DNA of 64,000 bases from an uncultured Planctomycetales bacterium (GTDB taxonomy: Bacteria; Omnitrophota; Gorgyraeia; Gygaellales; Profunditerraquicolaceae): contig CAYHBB010000014.1 of the NCBI GenBank assembly GCA_964354795.1, forward strand, positions 17,249-81,248, written 5' to 3'. A program made the translations under genes and the position numbers. The notes below the pieces were generated by a model. That model had not been told where the DNA came from, made no database searches, and saw only the letters and a list, made by a program, of their open reading frames with translations. Numbering within the stretch: the stretch's first letter is position 1; each line of letters opens with the position of its first letter. Below, piece by piece: positions 9,063-18,984 of this stretch.

Positions 9063-9701
9063 TTACTCCGTTAAAAAATTAACCAGCTCTGTCGATGCGC
9101 GCTCCATCTCCAGAATATAGCGATTTATACGGCTCACCAGATAATTGTAGGCTATGTACACAGGTATGGCTACCAAAAGCCCGGCAATAGTCACCAGCAA
9201 CGCTTCCCAGATCCCTCCTGCCATATCAGCGCAAAGCACCGGGTATAAGCCTTGAGCCTTTGCCTGAATAGCCTGAAAACACCTGGCCAGGCCTATGACT
9301 GTCCCAAGCAAACCTAAGAGCGGAGAAATATGCGCTATGGTCATAAGTACAGGAAGACTTTTTTCTATACGCGGTATCTCATACAAAGAAGCGTCTTCTA
9401 TGGCTTCGATTATCTGGGCCCGCGGCCGGTCGTATTTCAATATCCCGGCTTTGAGAATATTGGCGATAGGGCTATTGGTATTGTCGCATATCTCTAGCGC
9501 CTCTTTTGTCTCGTGGCGTTTCATCTTCTCCATCAAACTGCTTAGAAACTCCTCGGTATTGATCTTTGCCTTATTGAGGTACAGAAATTTCTCGATCACC
9601 ACCGCCAGAGCCAGTACAGAGCACAGCAGGATCGGCCACATCACCGGACCGCCGGATAAAAACAACTTGACCAAAGATATCTTATCTAAACCCATATTCA
9701 T
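9063..9701 (-). CDS. exbB: MotA/TolQ/ExbB proton channel protein
   Basis: 212 aa, three TM segments, conserved C-terminal TM pair (AGGIWEALLVTIAGLLVAIPVYIAYNYL). Confidence 0.85.
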   Translation of the reverse strand: MNMGLDKISLVKLFLSGGPVMWPILLCSVLALAVVIEKFLYLNKAKINTEEFLSSLMEKMKRHETKEALEICDNTNSPIANILKAGILKYDRPRAQIIEAIEDASLYEIPRIEKSLPVLMTIAHISPLLGLLGTVIGLARCFQAIQAKAQGLYPVLCADMAGGIWEALLVTIAGLLVAIPVYIAYNYLVSRINRYILEMERASTELVNFLTE

Positions 9702-9707
9702 TATCTC

Positions 9708-12188
9708 CTATTTTGTCTTGGAGCCAATGCGGTCTATCTGCTCCTGGGCGAATTTCCCTTCCTCCACATTCATGGAGACCACTTTTGCGTAAATATTCAG
9801 CGCCTCTTTGAATTTATCCCTATCCTCGTAGATCGCTGCCACGCGTAAAAGCGCCTTGACCACCAGCACGGTATCCTCAGGGTATACATAGGTGACCTTA
9901 AGATATTCCCCCACCGCCTCATCAGCCTTGCCCTGCGCCTCGCGGACTTCCGCGATCTTCAGCTGTATGCCAGCCATCTCCCGCACCGGGACCGCATCCA
10001 GGCTCTTACGATAAAATTCCAGAGCATCGTCATACTTGTTCATTTTGTAATACACATCTGCCAGCTTAGGATAGATCAAGTGCGTGAGATTCGGAAATGC
10101 CCGGATAATATCAGAATAGGTCTTTATGGCCATCTCATGCAAATCCCGCTTTACATAAATATCCGCGATTGCCACCACTGCCTGCCCGGTGAGGTCAGAC
10201 TTAGTCAGCTCGATGATGCGCTTGAAATTCTCTAACGCCTCATCATGCCTACTCTCCTCTTCATAGCAGGAGCCTAAAGCATAATAGGCGTCCGGTACCA
10301 GGCTGCTTTTGGAGAAATCATGGATGAGCGTTGAGAAATATTTGCGCGCCAGCTGCAGATCCCCCTGACGGTAATAATACTCTCCCAGCCACCACATGAT
10401 CTCCGCGGTAAGGCTTGAGTCAGGATATTTAGAACGCAGGATCTTAAAGCGGGTAATCGCTTCGTTTTCATTACCCATCTGAGAATAACAGTCCGCGATC
10501 TCGTATTCGGCTTTCTGAGTAAGCTCAGGGTTCTGCGGGTAAGATTTGATGATGTCCTTAAAGACGTCGATTGCCTCCTGGAACCTACCCAGGTTATACA
10601 GGCTTGCGCCCAGAAGATACAGCGCCTGAGAGGCCATACTGCTGGACTTAAATTCGTTCTGGAACTTAACAAACTCCTCGCGGCTGGATTTGTAATCCTG
10701 CTTCTGAAAATACGCCGAGCCCAATGCGTAAGCGGCGTCATCGATCAGCTTTGACTGCGCATAATTCTTTTTTAGCGCCTGAAACGCCAGGATCGCTCCG
10801 TCGTAATTTGAATTCCTAAGCAAGGCCAGGCCAGCCTGATACTGCACGTAATCGCTATAGAAGCTGTCCGGATAATCCTTTAATATAGTGTCGTAGGTCT
10901 CCTGTGCCCGCAGGTAATCTCCTGAGTCCTGATAGGCGTCGCCTATCTGGCAGAGCGCGCTGACCTTGATGATCTTGTCGTCGCTATCCCTGACGATCTT
11001 CTTGAACTCCTGGATCGCGCCCTTGAACTCCCCCTGCTTCAGATACACCCAAGCCAGATTATAATGCAGCTTATCCGCCACTTCTCCCGGCACTGACCCC
11101 GCGCCCAATTTAGAGATCGCCTCTTGATAGACTTTAAGAGACGCATCATACTCGGCAAGGCCGTATAAGACCTCAGCCTTTCCCAGGTACGCCTCCATAG
11201 ACACCAGCGGGTCCTGAGCTGTCTGGGATAATTTATCATAAAGAGCCTTTGCCTCATTCAGGCGGTTGGTCTCAGACATCAGGACCGCCTTGCCTAAAAT
11301 CAGGATATCGGCGCTGCGTTTATCCAGAGCCGCCTCTTTTACCTCAAGGAACGCGTTTTGAGCCTCGGTGTAACGCTTAAGCTTAAGGAGCGACCAGGCT
11401 TTCCCCAGCATGGACAAAGCCTGCAAAGCCTCATCGCGGCTGGACTGGATCACCTTGATATAAGCATCCAACGCCTCATTAAAATTATTCAGATCGTATT
11501 CCGATTCGGCAAGATAAAAATACAGGTAGGCAAGCTTTTCCGGATCTTTTGCGTAAAGCTTAAGGTCAGCTCTTAAGCGCTCCTTCAGCCGGTCATAATC
11601 CTTTAAATTATACAGACACTGAATGATTTTAAAAGGCACATCCTGCATCTGGAGACCTTTAGGATACTTTTCTTCCGCGATCTTAAAATACTTGAGAGCT
11701 TCAGAAAACTTGTTATCCTGGAATAACGACCAGCCCAAAGAATAATACGCCGCCGGGACATAGGAAGATTTAGGAAACTCGTTGATAATTGCCTTGTAAT
11801 ACTGGGCAGCGCGGTCAAAATTATTCCCCCTGAACTGCACCTCCGCGATCCAATAATATACGGCGTCTTTAAGATCCGCGGCTTGAGGAAGGCTCAAAAG
11901 GCTCTCAAATTTATTCAGGGCATCCAGAAAGCGGTTCTGCTGAAAATAGCACTGTCCGATAAGCAGGCTGGCTTCTGCCGCTTCAGGAGAATCAGGATAG
12001 CTCTTTTGGAAACGCTCAAGCAGGCCGAGCGATACATCATAGAACCCGTCGTCAAAAGCTTTTTTCGCCACAAAAATGGCCTCTTCTTCCTTTTGACTGT
12101 CGGCTTGGCTTTCAGCGCAGAATACGCGAGAATTACTGAAGGCAAGGATTAAACTGCAGAGAATAATTACTACGAAGCTCTTCTTCAT
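9708..12188 (-). CDS. Secreted tetratricopeptide-repeat protein (826 aa), YbgF/CpoB-style TPR array
   Basis: Signal peptide. About 20 TPR-like repeats (AxxxY/F..G.Y..A...F..) throughout. Confidence 0.8.
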   Translation of the reverse strand: MKKSFVVIILCSLILAFSNSRVFCAESQADSQKEEEAIFVAKKAFDDGFYDVSLGLLERFQKSYPDSPEAAEASLLIGQCYFQQNRFLDALNKFESLLSLPQAADLKDAVYYWIAEVQFRGNNFDRAAQYYKAIINEFPKSSYVPAAYYSLGWSLFQDNKFSEALKYFKIAEEKYPKGLQMQDVPFKIIQCLYNLKDYDRLKERLRADLKLYAKDPEKLAYLYFYLAESEYDLNNFNEALDAYIKVIQSSRDEALQALSMLGKAWSLLKLKRYTEAQNAFLEVKEAALDKRSADILILGKAVLMSETNRLNEAKALYDKLSQTAQDPLVSMEAYLGKAEVLYGLAEYDASLKVYQEAISKLGAGSVPGEVADKLHYNLAWVYLKQGEFKGAIQEFKKIVRDSDDKIIKVSALCQIGDAYQDSGDYLRAQETYDTILKDYPDSFYSDYVQYQAGLALLRNSNYDGAILAFQALKKNYAQSKLIDDAAYALGSAYFQKQDYKSSREEFVKFQNEFKSSSMASQALYLLGASLYNLGRFQEAIDVFKDIIKSYPQNPELTQKAEYEIADCYSQMGNENEAITRFKILRSKYPDSSLTAEIMWWLGEYYYRQGDLQLARKYFSTLIHDFSKSSLVPDAYYALGSCYEEESRHDEALENFKRIIELTKSDLTGQAVVAIADIYVKRDLHEMAIKTYSDIIRAFPNLTHLIYPKLADVYYKMNKYDDALEFYRKSLDAVPVREMAGIQLKIAEVREAQGKADEAVGEYLKVTYVYPEDTVLVVKALLRVAAIYEDRDKFKEALNIYAKVVSMNVEEGKFAQEQIDRIGSKTK

Positions 12189-12210
12189 TTCTTAGCAATA
12201 TAGCACTACT

Positions 12211-15012
12211 TTATTTGCTATTCAATACCTTTCTCAAGGATGTACCCGTATAGGAAGCGAGGACCTTCACCAGCTGCTCAGGAGCGCAGGCAGCCACCAC
12301 CTTACCACCCTTATCCCCTCCCTCAGGCCCGAGATCAACGATATAGTCAGCGCACTTTATCACTTCCAGATTATGCTCAATGACGATAACCGTATTTCCC
12401 TTATCCACCAGCCTCTGCAAAACCGCGAGAAGCTTGGCCACATCGGCAAAATGCAATCCCGTAGTCGGCTCATCAAGGATATACAGGGTCTTGCCGGTAG
12501 AACGCTTGCTTAATTCCGAAGATAACTTGATACGCTGGGCCTCTCCTCCGGACAAAGTAGTGGCAAATTGCCCAAGCTGTATATAGCCCAGGCCAACATC
12601 AAGACAATAGGTAAGAGTATTTTTGATCTGGGGGATATTGGCAAAAAGCTCCAGCGCTTCCTCAACCGTCATCTCCAGCACCTGGGCAATGGATTTACCT
12701 TTATATTTCACGTCCAAAGTAGCCTCATTAAAGCGCAGGCCGCCGCAGACTTCGCATTTCACGTAGACATCGGGAAGAAAATGCATCTCGATCTTTTTGA
12801 TCCCGTCTCCCCGGCAGGCTTCGCACCTGCCGCCTTTGACATTGAAAGAAAACCTGCCCGGCTTATACCCGCGCATCTTCGATTCCGGAAGCTTGCTGTA
12901 GAAATCCCGGATATGGTTAAACACCCCGGTATAGGTCGCGGGGTTGGAGCGCGGAGTCCTGCCGATGGGAGACTGATCCACCACAATTACTTTATCGATA
13001 AATTCGATTCCCTCGATATTTTTATGCAGGCCGGGTTTTTCTTTTGATTTATAAAGTTTCTGGGCGAGTGAGCGGTATAGGATTTCATCGATCAGCGTAG
13101 ATTTGCCAGATCCGGATACGCCGGTAATACAGATGAAATTGCCCAGAGGAAACTTTACATCGATATTTTTCAGGTTATGCTCGCGCGCGCCCTTTATTTC
13201 CAAAAACCTTTTCTCCTGCGGCTGGCGGCGCCTGGCCGGCACATCGATTTTAAGCTCTCTCCTTAAATACTTGGCGGTAAGAGAGCGGGAATCTTTAAGC
13301 AGCTCATCTTTTGTGCCGGAGAAAACCACTTCACCTCCGTGCCTGCCTGCTCCGGGGCCGAGATCCACGATATAATCCGCATTTCGGATGGTTGCCTCGT
13401 CATGCTCTACTACAATCAAAGTATTTCCCAGGTCTCTTAAAGCTTTAAGAGTAGCCAGCAGCTTATCGTTGTCCCGCTGATGCAGGCCGATACTGGGTTC
13501 ATCCAAAACATATAATACCCCAACCAGGCCTGAGCCTACCTGGGTAGCCAGACGGATCCTCTGGGCCTCTCCGCCGGAAAGCGTGGCACTTTTTCTATCC
13601 AGCGTAAGATAATCCAGGCCCACATCGATGCAAAACTTCAGCTTCTGCTTGATCTCTTTTAAAACCTGATGCGCGATAACCTTTTCTTTGTCATTAAGCT
13701 CTAGGCTGTCGAAAAACTGCTGGGCTGCCTTTATCGACATCTGGGTGGATTCCCAGATATTTTTGCCGTTGATCTTGACCGCCAGGCTTTCTTTTTTAAG
13801 GCGCGCGCCTTTGCAGGCTGGACACGGCAGGCTAGACATGAAACGAGAGATCTCTTCTTTCAGATAATCGCTGTCAGTATCACGGAATAATCTTTCCAGA
13901 TGCGGGATCACCCCTTCAAAAGGCTTTCCGTTGACGTGCACATCGCTTCCGTAAAGTATGGCTTTCTGCGATTCCTTACTCAACTGCTTAAACGGAGTGT
14001 CTAAGTCAAACTTCAGAGCACAGGACGACTCGCGTATCAGCCAGCGATAATACAGGATATACCCTCTTCCTCCTCTTTTCCACGGGGCAAGCGCGCCGTC
14101 GTTAATGGATTTCGTCTTATCCGGGATCACTAAGTCCGGATCAAATTCCAGCTTCATCCCCAAGCCGTTACATTCCAAACAAGCGCCGTAAGGAGAGTTG
14201 AAAGAAAATATCCGCGGCTCCACCTCCGCGTAATTTATCCCGCACTTTGTGCAGGCGTACTGCTCGCTGAATACTTGCTCGGATTTCACAGCAGTGCTGG
14301 TTACCAGGACTATTCCCCCACCCACCTTAAGTGAGGTCTCCACGGAATCCGTAAGCCGACTTTTAATACTGGGCTTAATGGTAAGCCTATCCACCACCAC
14401 CTCAATATTATGGGCTTTATATTTGGCCAGCTTAAGTTTAACAGGCAGCTCATAGACTTTGCCGTCCACCCTGGCGCGGATAAAACCTGATTTCTGGATC
14501 TGGGAAGATATATCCCGGTACTCGCCTTTTCTGCCGCGCACCAGAGGAGCCAGTATCTGGATATCGCTTCCCGCGGGAAGGGACATGATCTTTGCGATGA
14601 TCTCCTGAGAGCTCTGGCGCTCAATAGAATGGCCGCACTGGTAGCAATGGATCTTTCCGATACGGGCAAAAAGCAACCTCAGGTAATCGTAGATCTCGGT
14701 CTGGGTGGCGACGGTCGAACGGGGATTGCCGCCGGCACTCCTTTGCTCGATAGCGATGGTGGGAGAAAGCCCGGAAATATACTCGATATCCGGCTTCTGC
14801 AGCTGCTCTAAAAATTGGCGGGCATAGCTCGAAAGGCTCTCCACAAACCTGCGCTGGCCTTCGGCGTAAATAGTATCGAAGGCAAGGCTGGACTTGCCCG
14901 AGCCAGACAATCCGGTGAATACAATAAGCGAATTGCGCGGAAGCTCGAGGCTGATATTCTTAAGATTATGCTCCCTTGCCCCGCGAATAATGATTGATTC
15001 TTTTTGTTCCAT
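12211..15012 (-). CDS. uvrA: Excinuclease ABC subunit A
   Basis: 933 aa. Two ABC modules ([22 protein letters not shown]; [11 protein letters not shown]), zinc-finger Cys clusters, LSGGEAQRI signatures. Confidence 0.97.
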   Translation of the reverse strand: MEQKESIIIRGAREHNLKNISLELPRNSLIVFTGLSGSGKSSLAFDTIYAEGQRRFVESLSSYARQFLEQLQKPDIEYISGLSPTIAIEQRSAGGNPRSTVATQTEIYDYLRLLFARIGKIHCYQCGHSIERQSSQEIIAKIMSLPAGSDIQILAPLVRGRKGEYRDISSQIQKSGFIRARVDGKVYELPVKLKLAKYKAHNIEVVVDRLTIKPSIKSRLTDSVETSLKVGGGIVLVTSTAVKSEQVFSEQYACTKCGINYAEVEPRIFSFNSPYGACLECNGLGMKLEFDPDLVIPDKTKSINDGALAPWKRGGRGYILYYRWLIRESSCALKFDLDTPFKQLSKESQKAILYGSDVHVNGKPFEGVIPHLERLFRDTDSDYLKEEISRFMSSLPCPACKGARLKKESLAVKINGKNIWESTQMSIKAAQQFFDSLELNDKEKVIAHQVLKEIKQKLKFCIDVGLDYLTLDRKSATLSGGEAQRIRLATQVGSGLVGVLYVLDEPSIGLHQRDNDKLLATLKALRDLGNTLIVVEHDEATIRNADYIVDLGPGAGRHGGEVVFSGTKDELLKDSRSLTAKYLRRELKIDVPARRRQPQEKRFLEIKGAREHNLKNIDVKFPLGNFICITGVSGSGKSTLIDEILYRSLAQKLYKSKEKPGLHKNIEGIEFIDKVIVVDQSPIGRTPRSNPATYTGVFNHIRDFYSKLPESKMRGYKPGRFSFNVKGGRCEACRGDGIKKIEMHFLPDVYVKCEVCGGLRFNEATLDVKYKGKSIAQVLEMTVEEALELFANIPQIKNTLTYCLDVGLGYIQLGQFATTLSGGEAQRIKLSSELSKRSTGKTLYILDEPTTGLHFADVAKLLAVLQRLVDKGNTVIVIEHNLEVIKCADYIVDLGPEGGDKGGKVVAACAPEQLVKVLASYTGTSLRKVLNSK

Positions 15013-15015
15013 GGA

Positions 15016-16632
15016 TTACTTTCTCTTTAAGACTAAGGTTTTACCAAAAGCAGCGGCTTGAGAGAAATTCCCGCTAAAATAATCATAGACTAAAGGAATG
15101 CGCTCTTCATTAGGTATCTGGCGGTTGCCCATTACACAATAGCTATCTTGGACCATTATAGCATATCTTAATCCACTTTTGGTAAGGCGCGCTACTGTCT
15201 CTTTCTGCAATTTATCTGAGATCCCGGAATCAATAGCGTTGGTGAAAATATCAGCACAGCGCCTCTTAGCCAGAAAATAATACTGCGGCTCATGGGGAAA
15301 AACGTAAATCGGCTCATCCTTGCCGGTATTAGCCTGTATCCACTGAGTAGCTTTAGAAATGATCTCAGCCTGTTCCTGCGGCAACCTGGCATCCCCCAGC
15401 CGCTCAAGCCCCGGGCCCAATACTGCAGGAAATCCGATATCTTTGTATCTTTCACTCATATAAAACATGTAATCCGGCGTGAGCTTTGAGAAAATAAGCC
15501 CGAGAAAAAGCAGTAATAGGCAGAATGACTTTAAGGCTAAGGCACGCGCCCCTTCCCCCTTCTTCTTGACGGGAAAGATCAATTTCTGGACAAAATAAAA
15601 TCCTGTCAACCCGGTACCAAGCAATGCCCAGCGAAACTGCGGCCCGGAAACTACCGGCCCGGTAAAGCCGCGCATCCCGATCATAAACATGGCTATCCCG
15701 AAAACCATCATCAAAAGGAATCCGGCCTCCTGCTTTTTTCTATTTATAAAAAGATATACCACGCTCACAGCATATAGTAGAGCCGAGAAAACGAAATCAA
15801 AGCTTGCCGATTGCAGACAGGCAAGCCAGGCGTCTACTGACACATGAAACGGCCGCAAAAAAGGCAGCAAAGCTATCCTAGAAGGATTATTGTAATAGCT
15901 AAAGAAAGCAAGCGGGCTCTTTAGCGTATTCAGCAATACCATCTCCATGGAGGCACCGCGCAAAATAAGATACAAATAAAAAGCTCCTACTATTGATAAA
16001 AACGGCAGAAAAAATGCCGCTATATCACTAGGCCTCTTTCCTTGAGCTTGCCATATATACGCCATAAACATGACTATGGCGATTACACCGGCCTCCTGAG
16101 TGATAAGAAAACATATACCTGAGGACACGCCGAACCAGATAAACGCTGGAATCCCCCCAGATTTAAGCGCGCGAAACAGAAATAAAGCCGGGGCGACCAT
16201 CGCCAAACAACGCACGCCTCCCCACTTGCTCATCCAAAAAGGTATCACGCAGGCAGAAGCGATAAACCAGCAAAAGAACGCCAGCAGTATCCTGCTTTTA
16301 ATCAGCTGGCGACCAAGAAAATATGCCGCGACCAGACTGGCTAAAGAACCAAAGAACATGAAACTGCGCAGTCCCGCCACCGTATTGCCGAATATCTTTA
16401 AGGCAAGCGCCGTTATGTAGGGGAATGCCGGCCCGAAAGTGACAAAAAAATCCTTAAGCGGCACCTGATGAAACTGGATAGCATTTACCCAGGCAAGCGG
16501 ACTCCCCTCGTCCCAACTCAAGAAAAGACCATGCTTGTAATAAGGATGATACGCTAAAAGGATTATAAATAATGGAAAGAGGATATAATCCAAGGACCAA
16601 TAAATAAACTTCTTTGTGTTCGGATTAGACAT
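15016..16632 (-). CDS. GT-C-fold polytopic membrane protein (glycosyltransferase family 39/83-like). The ORF extends to 16665, but the likely start is at 16632 (TGATG coupling).
   Basis: About 12 TM helices plus a C-terminal soluble domain. Adjacent to an ArnT/PMT-like gene and a GT2 gene. Confidence 0.45.
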   Translation of the reverse strand: MSNPNTKKFIYWSLDYILFPLFIILLAYHPYYKHGLFLSWDEGSPLAWVNAIQFHQVPLKDFFVTFGPAFPYITALALKIFGNTVAGLRSFMFFGSLASLVAAYFLGRQLIKSRILLAFFCWFIASACVIPFWMSKWGGVRCLAMVAPALFLFRALKSGGIPAFIWFGVSSGICFLITQEAGVIAIVMFMAYIWQAQGKRPSDIAAFFLPFLSIVGAFYLYLILRGASMEMVLLNTLKSPLAFFSYYNNPSRIALLPFLRPFHVSVDAWLACLQSASFDFVFSALLYAVSVVYLFINRKKQEAGFLLMMVFGIAMFMIGMRGFTGPVVSGPQFRWALLGTGLTGFYFVQKLIFPVKKKGEGARALALKSFCLLLLFLGLIFSKLTPDYMFYMSERYKDIGFPAVLGPGLERLGDARLPQEQAEIISKATQWIQANTGKDEPIYVFPHEPQYYFLAKRRCADIFTNAIDSGISDKLQKETVARLTKSGLRYAIMVQDSYCVMGNRQIPNEERIPLVYDYFSGNFSQAAAFGKTLVLKRK

Positions 16633-17852
16633 CAGGGGATGAGTTGTTGCGCTTTTAGCAGCCAAAAACTTACCGGGTCATAGATACCCTCTTTTACAAA
16701 AAGGGCGTAAAAATTCAAACAATCAAAAACCGCAAAAACTAACACCAGGGATATCAGAAAGACCGCGTTTTTGGCCGAAGAATATCTTTGAGTTATTTTA
16801 ATAAGCATAAATAAAGCGAATAACCTCAGCGGATAATCCAAAATCATCACATAGCGGACATTTTTAGTAAAGAACTCAAAAAGAAATAACAGCGATACAA
16901 AAACAAGGAGGAAATAGGCCACTGCTTCGCTTTTTTCCCGCTCCCGGCTCACCAAATAATAAAAAATAAAACCTAAGGCCAGTATCAATACAAAAGGCGA
17001 TATTAAGAGATAATCGATGATATAACGAAACCATGGGCCTGATCCGTAAAGAATAGCGTAAGGGTTTGTCGGGGGAGAACTGATGATGATCTGGATCAAA
17101 CGCGGCAGATACGGCAATATTCCAAGGACTGCATAGACAATACCTACCGCGCAAAAAGGAATGACCGACGCCCAGAGAAAATCCATGACCCGCACTTCTT
17201 TCTTATAGATAAACCTTGCGCACAAAAGCCAAGAGATAAAAATGAAGGATAGAAGCACGCTAGTCTCTTTGATCAGTATTGCGCAGGCAAAAGCTGAGGC
17301 AAAAAGCAGCAGCTTGGGATTAGTCCGTTTACTTATATAATCAAAGAAAAGCCACAGCGACAAGAGAGAAAATAAATTAGCGGTGGAGTCCATCAACGCG
17401 CGTCGGGACACTGCCATCATAAGCGGCGAGGACGCCAGGAGTATGGATAATAATAACGCGAAAATATTGCCAAAATATTTCCTGCAGAAATAAAAAGAAA
17501 CTATCAGGAAAAGACAGTAAGAGAAAAGGGACAAATTGGCCAGCCCGGCAAAACCGCACCCAAAGGCCTTAAGCCATAGGCCGGATAAAATAATAAAGCC
17601 CGCGCGCAGCGGATTAGGAAAAACCCAGTTGTGAGGTGCGGTGAGATATTCCCGGCATAGCTCTGGAAATCCCGATATCCCTTTTTCCCCTATCGCGTCG
17701 GCATACTTCAGGTAATAGCCCTCATCTGCGCCTGAGGCAAATTCAATTCGCGACAGACTCATGGAGATAACGCTTACTGCCGCGGAAATGATCAATAACA
17801 GCAGCAACACGCTTATTCTTAATGATCTGTCAACAAATAAGCTTTTTGCCAT
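16632..17852 (-). CDS. ArnT/PMT-like (GT39 family) membrane glycosyltransferase
   Basis: 406 aa, polytopic. N-terminal loop with DEGYY, typical of undecaprenyl/dolichyl-phosphate sugar-utilising GT-C enzymes. Confidence 0.55.
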   Translation of the reverse strand: MAKSLFVDRSLRISVLLLLLIISAAVSVISMSLSRIEFASGADEGYYLKYADAIGEKGISGFPELCREYLTAPHNWVFPNPLRAGFIILSGLWLKAFGCGFAGLANLSLFSYCLFLIVSFYFCRKYFGNIFALLLSILLASSPLMMAVSRRALMDSTANLFSLLSLWLFFDYISKRTNPKLLLFASAFACAILIKETSVLLSFIFISWLLCARFIYKKEVRVMDFLWASVIPFCAVGIVYAVLGILPYLPRLIQIIISSPPTNPYAILYGSGPWFRYIIDYLLISPFVLILALGFIFYYLVSREREKSEAVAYFLLVFVSLLFLFEFFTKNVRYVMILDYPLRLFALFMLIKITQRYSSAKNAVFLISLVLVFAVFDCLNFYALFVKEGIYDPVSFWLLKAQQLIP

Positions 17853-18591
17853 CGGGGTCGAATATTCTGAATTTCATAATACCTGACTTCTGCAGCAGGA
17901 ATTGCAAAGTTGTGCCTATGACGCCAAAACCATAGGTAATACTGCGTAAGAAGGAAATTGAAGATGAGGCGCTGGTATAACGCGAAGGCGCGGTGATCTC
18001 TCCTATGCGGAACTTTCGATAAATAGCCTGCACCAGCATCTGATTATCAAAAACGAAATCATCGGAGTTCTCGGCAAGAGCAAGATCCAAAAGCACCTCC
18101 CGGGAAAACGCGCGGTAGCCGGTATGATACTCGGATATCTTCTGCCTTAGGAATATATTCTCAAAGAAAGTAAGCAGCCTGTTGGCGACATATTTATAGC
18201 CTGGCATACCGCCGCGTAGCGCCATGCCTCCCAATATTCTTGAGCCAAGCACTACATCGAACATCCCGGAAGCGATAAGCCCGACCATGGCGGTGATGAG
18301 CCTAGGAGGATACTGGTAATCCGGATGCAGCATCACCACAATATCCGCTTGGGCCTTAAGCGCCTGGCGATAGCAGGTCTTCTGGTTAGCACCGTATCCC
18401 AAATTTTGCGGGTGGACAAAAAATTTAAGATTCAGCCGGCGGGCGACATCTACGGTGCGGTCGCGGCTTGCGTCATCCACAAGAAGCACCTCATCGACCA
18501 CGCCTTTCGGTATATCGCGATAGGTTTCTTCCAGCGTCTTCTCGGCGTTATATGCCGGCAATACGACTATGACCTTTTTTCCTTCAAGCAT
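17830..18591 (-). CDS. GT2 family polyprenol-phosphate glycosyltransferase (DPM1/ArnC-like)
   Basis: 253 aa. VIVVLPAYNAEKTLEETYRDIP...VLLVDDASRDRT...DADLQ-like GT-A signature. Confidence 0.8.
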   Translation of the reverse strand: MLEGKKVIVVLPAYNAEKTLEETYRDIPKGVVDEVLLVDDASRDRTVDVARRLNLKFFVHPQNLGYGANQKTCYRQALKAQADIVVMLHPDYQYPPRLITAMVGLIASGMFDVVLGSRILGGMALRGGMPGYKYVANRLLTFFENIFLRQKISEYHTGYRAFSREVLLDLALAENSDDFVFDNQMLVQAIYRKFRIGEITAPSRYTSASSSISFLRSITYGFGVIGTTLQFLLQKSGIMKFRIFDPDGKKLIC

Positions 18592-18624
18592 ATTGTTATT
18601 ATACCAAAAATAAGGCCCCTGTAA

Positions 18625-18697
18625 ATTTAAGATAAAGGCATTTTACAGGGGCCATATTTTTAAATTCAGCCATCATCCGCCAAAGAACTTTGGCGGA
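18625..18697 (-). terminator. Two strong hairpins downstream of the small duplicated-protein gene
   Basis: Hairpin 18672-18697: catccgccaaag-aa-ctttggcggatg, perfect 12 bp. Hairpin 18625-18664: ggcccctgtaaa...tttacaggggcc, about 12 bp, followed on the minus strand by UUAUUUUUGG. Confidence 0.45.
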
Positions 18698-18707
18698 TGG
18701 GCCTCAT

Positions 18708-18959
18708 TTATTTTTTTTTCTTCTTACCGCCTCTTTTCATCTTGGCGCAGGAAACATCCCCCTGCTTGTCCAAGAAATACAGGTAACCTTCTTTGCGCTT
18801 GATACCGCATTTGGCCACCTTTTTACGCATACCGCCCTTCTTCGTGCCACGTGCCATCTTGGCGCAGGAAACATCACCCTGCTTGTCGATGAAGTAAAGG
18901 TATCCTTTTTCTCTCTTGACGCCAACCTTCATTTCTTTATGTGCCATTGTCCGAATCAC
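18708..18959 (-). CDS. Small, highly basic protein made of two tandem 28-aa repeats, with a poly-Lys tail
   Basis: 83 aa. KVGVKREKGYLYFIDKQGDVSCAKMARG and KCGIKRKEGYLYFLDKQGDVSCAKMKRG. Strong SD GGAGGGAGGTG 8 nt upstream. Terminator hairpins downstream. Confidence 0.6.
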   Translation of the reverse strand: MIRTMAHKEMKVGVKREKGYLYFIDKQGDVSCAKMARGTKKGGMRKKVAKCGIKRKEGYLYFLDKQGDVSCAKMKRGGKKKKK

Positions 18960-18984
18960 CTCCCTCCTTTGAAAATTTTCTTAA

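Noticed and set aside
10274-12145. Several 70-155-aa ORFs on both strands inside the TPR gene (for example 10274..10741, 11039..11257, 11915..12145)
   Set aside because: They are nested within, and out of frame with, a long well-supported TPR ORF. Arg-rich or odd composition. Spurious.
18592-18610. TATAAT box only about 8 nt upstream of the GT2 gene ATG, suggesting a leaderless mRNA
   Set aside because: Possible but weakly supported. The gene more likely is read through from upstream or uses another promoter. A single hexamer match in AT-rich DNA is insufficient.
18731-18935. Tandem 84-nt DNA repeats with an identical 29-nt core; a possible CRISPR or minisatellite
   Set aside because: Only two copies, in-frame within a CDS, with no spacer-repeat periodicity or cas genes. 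It is a coding-domain duplication.
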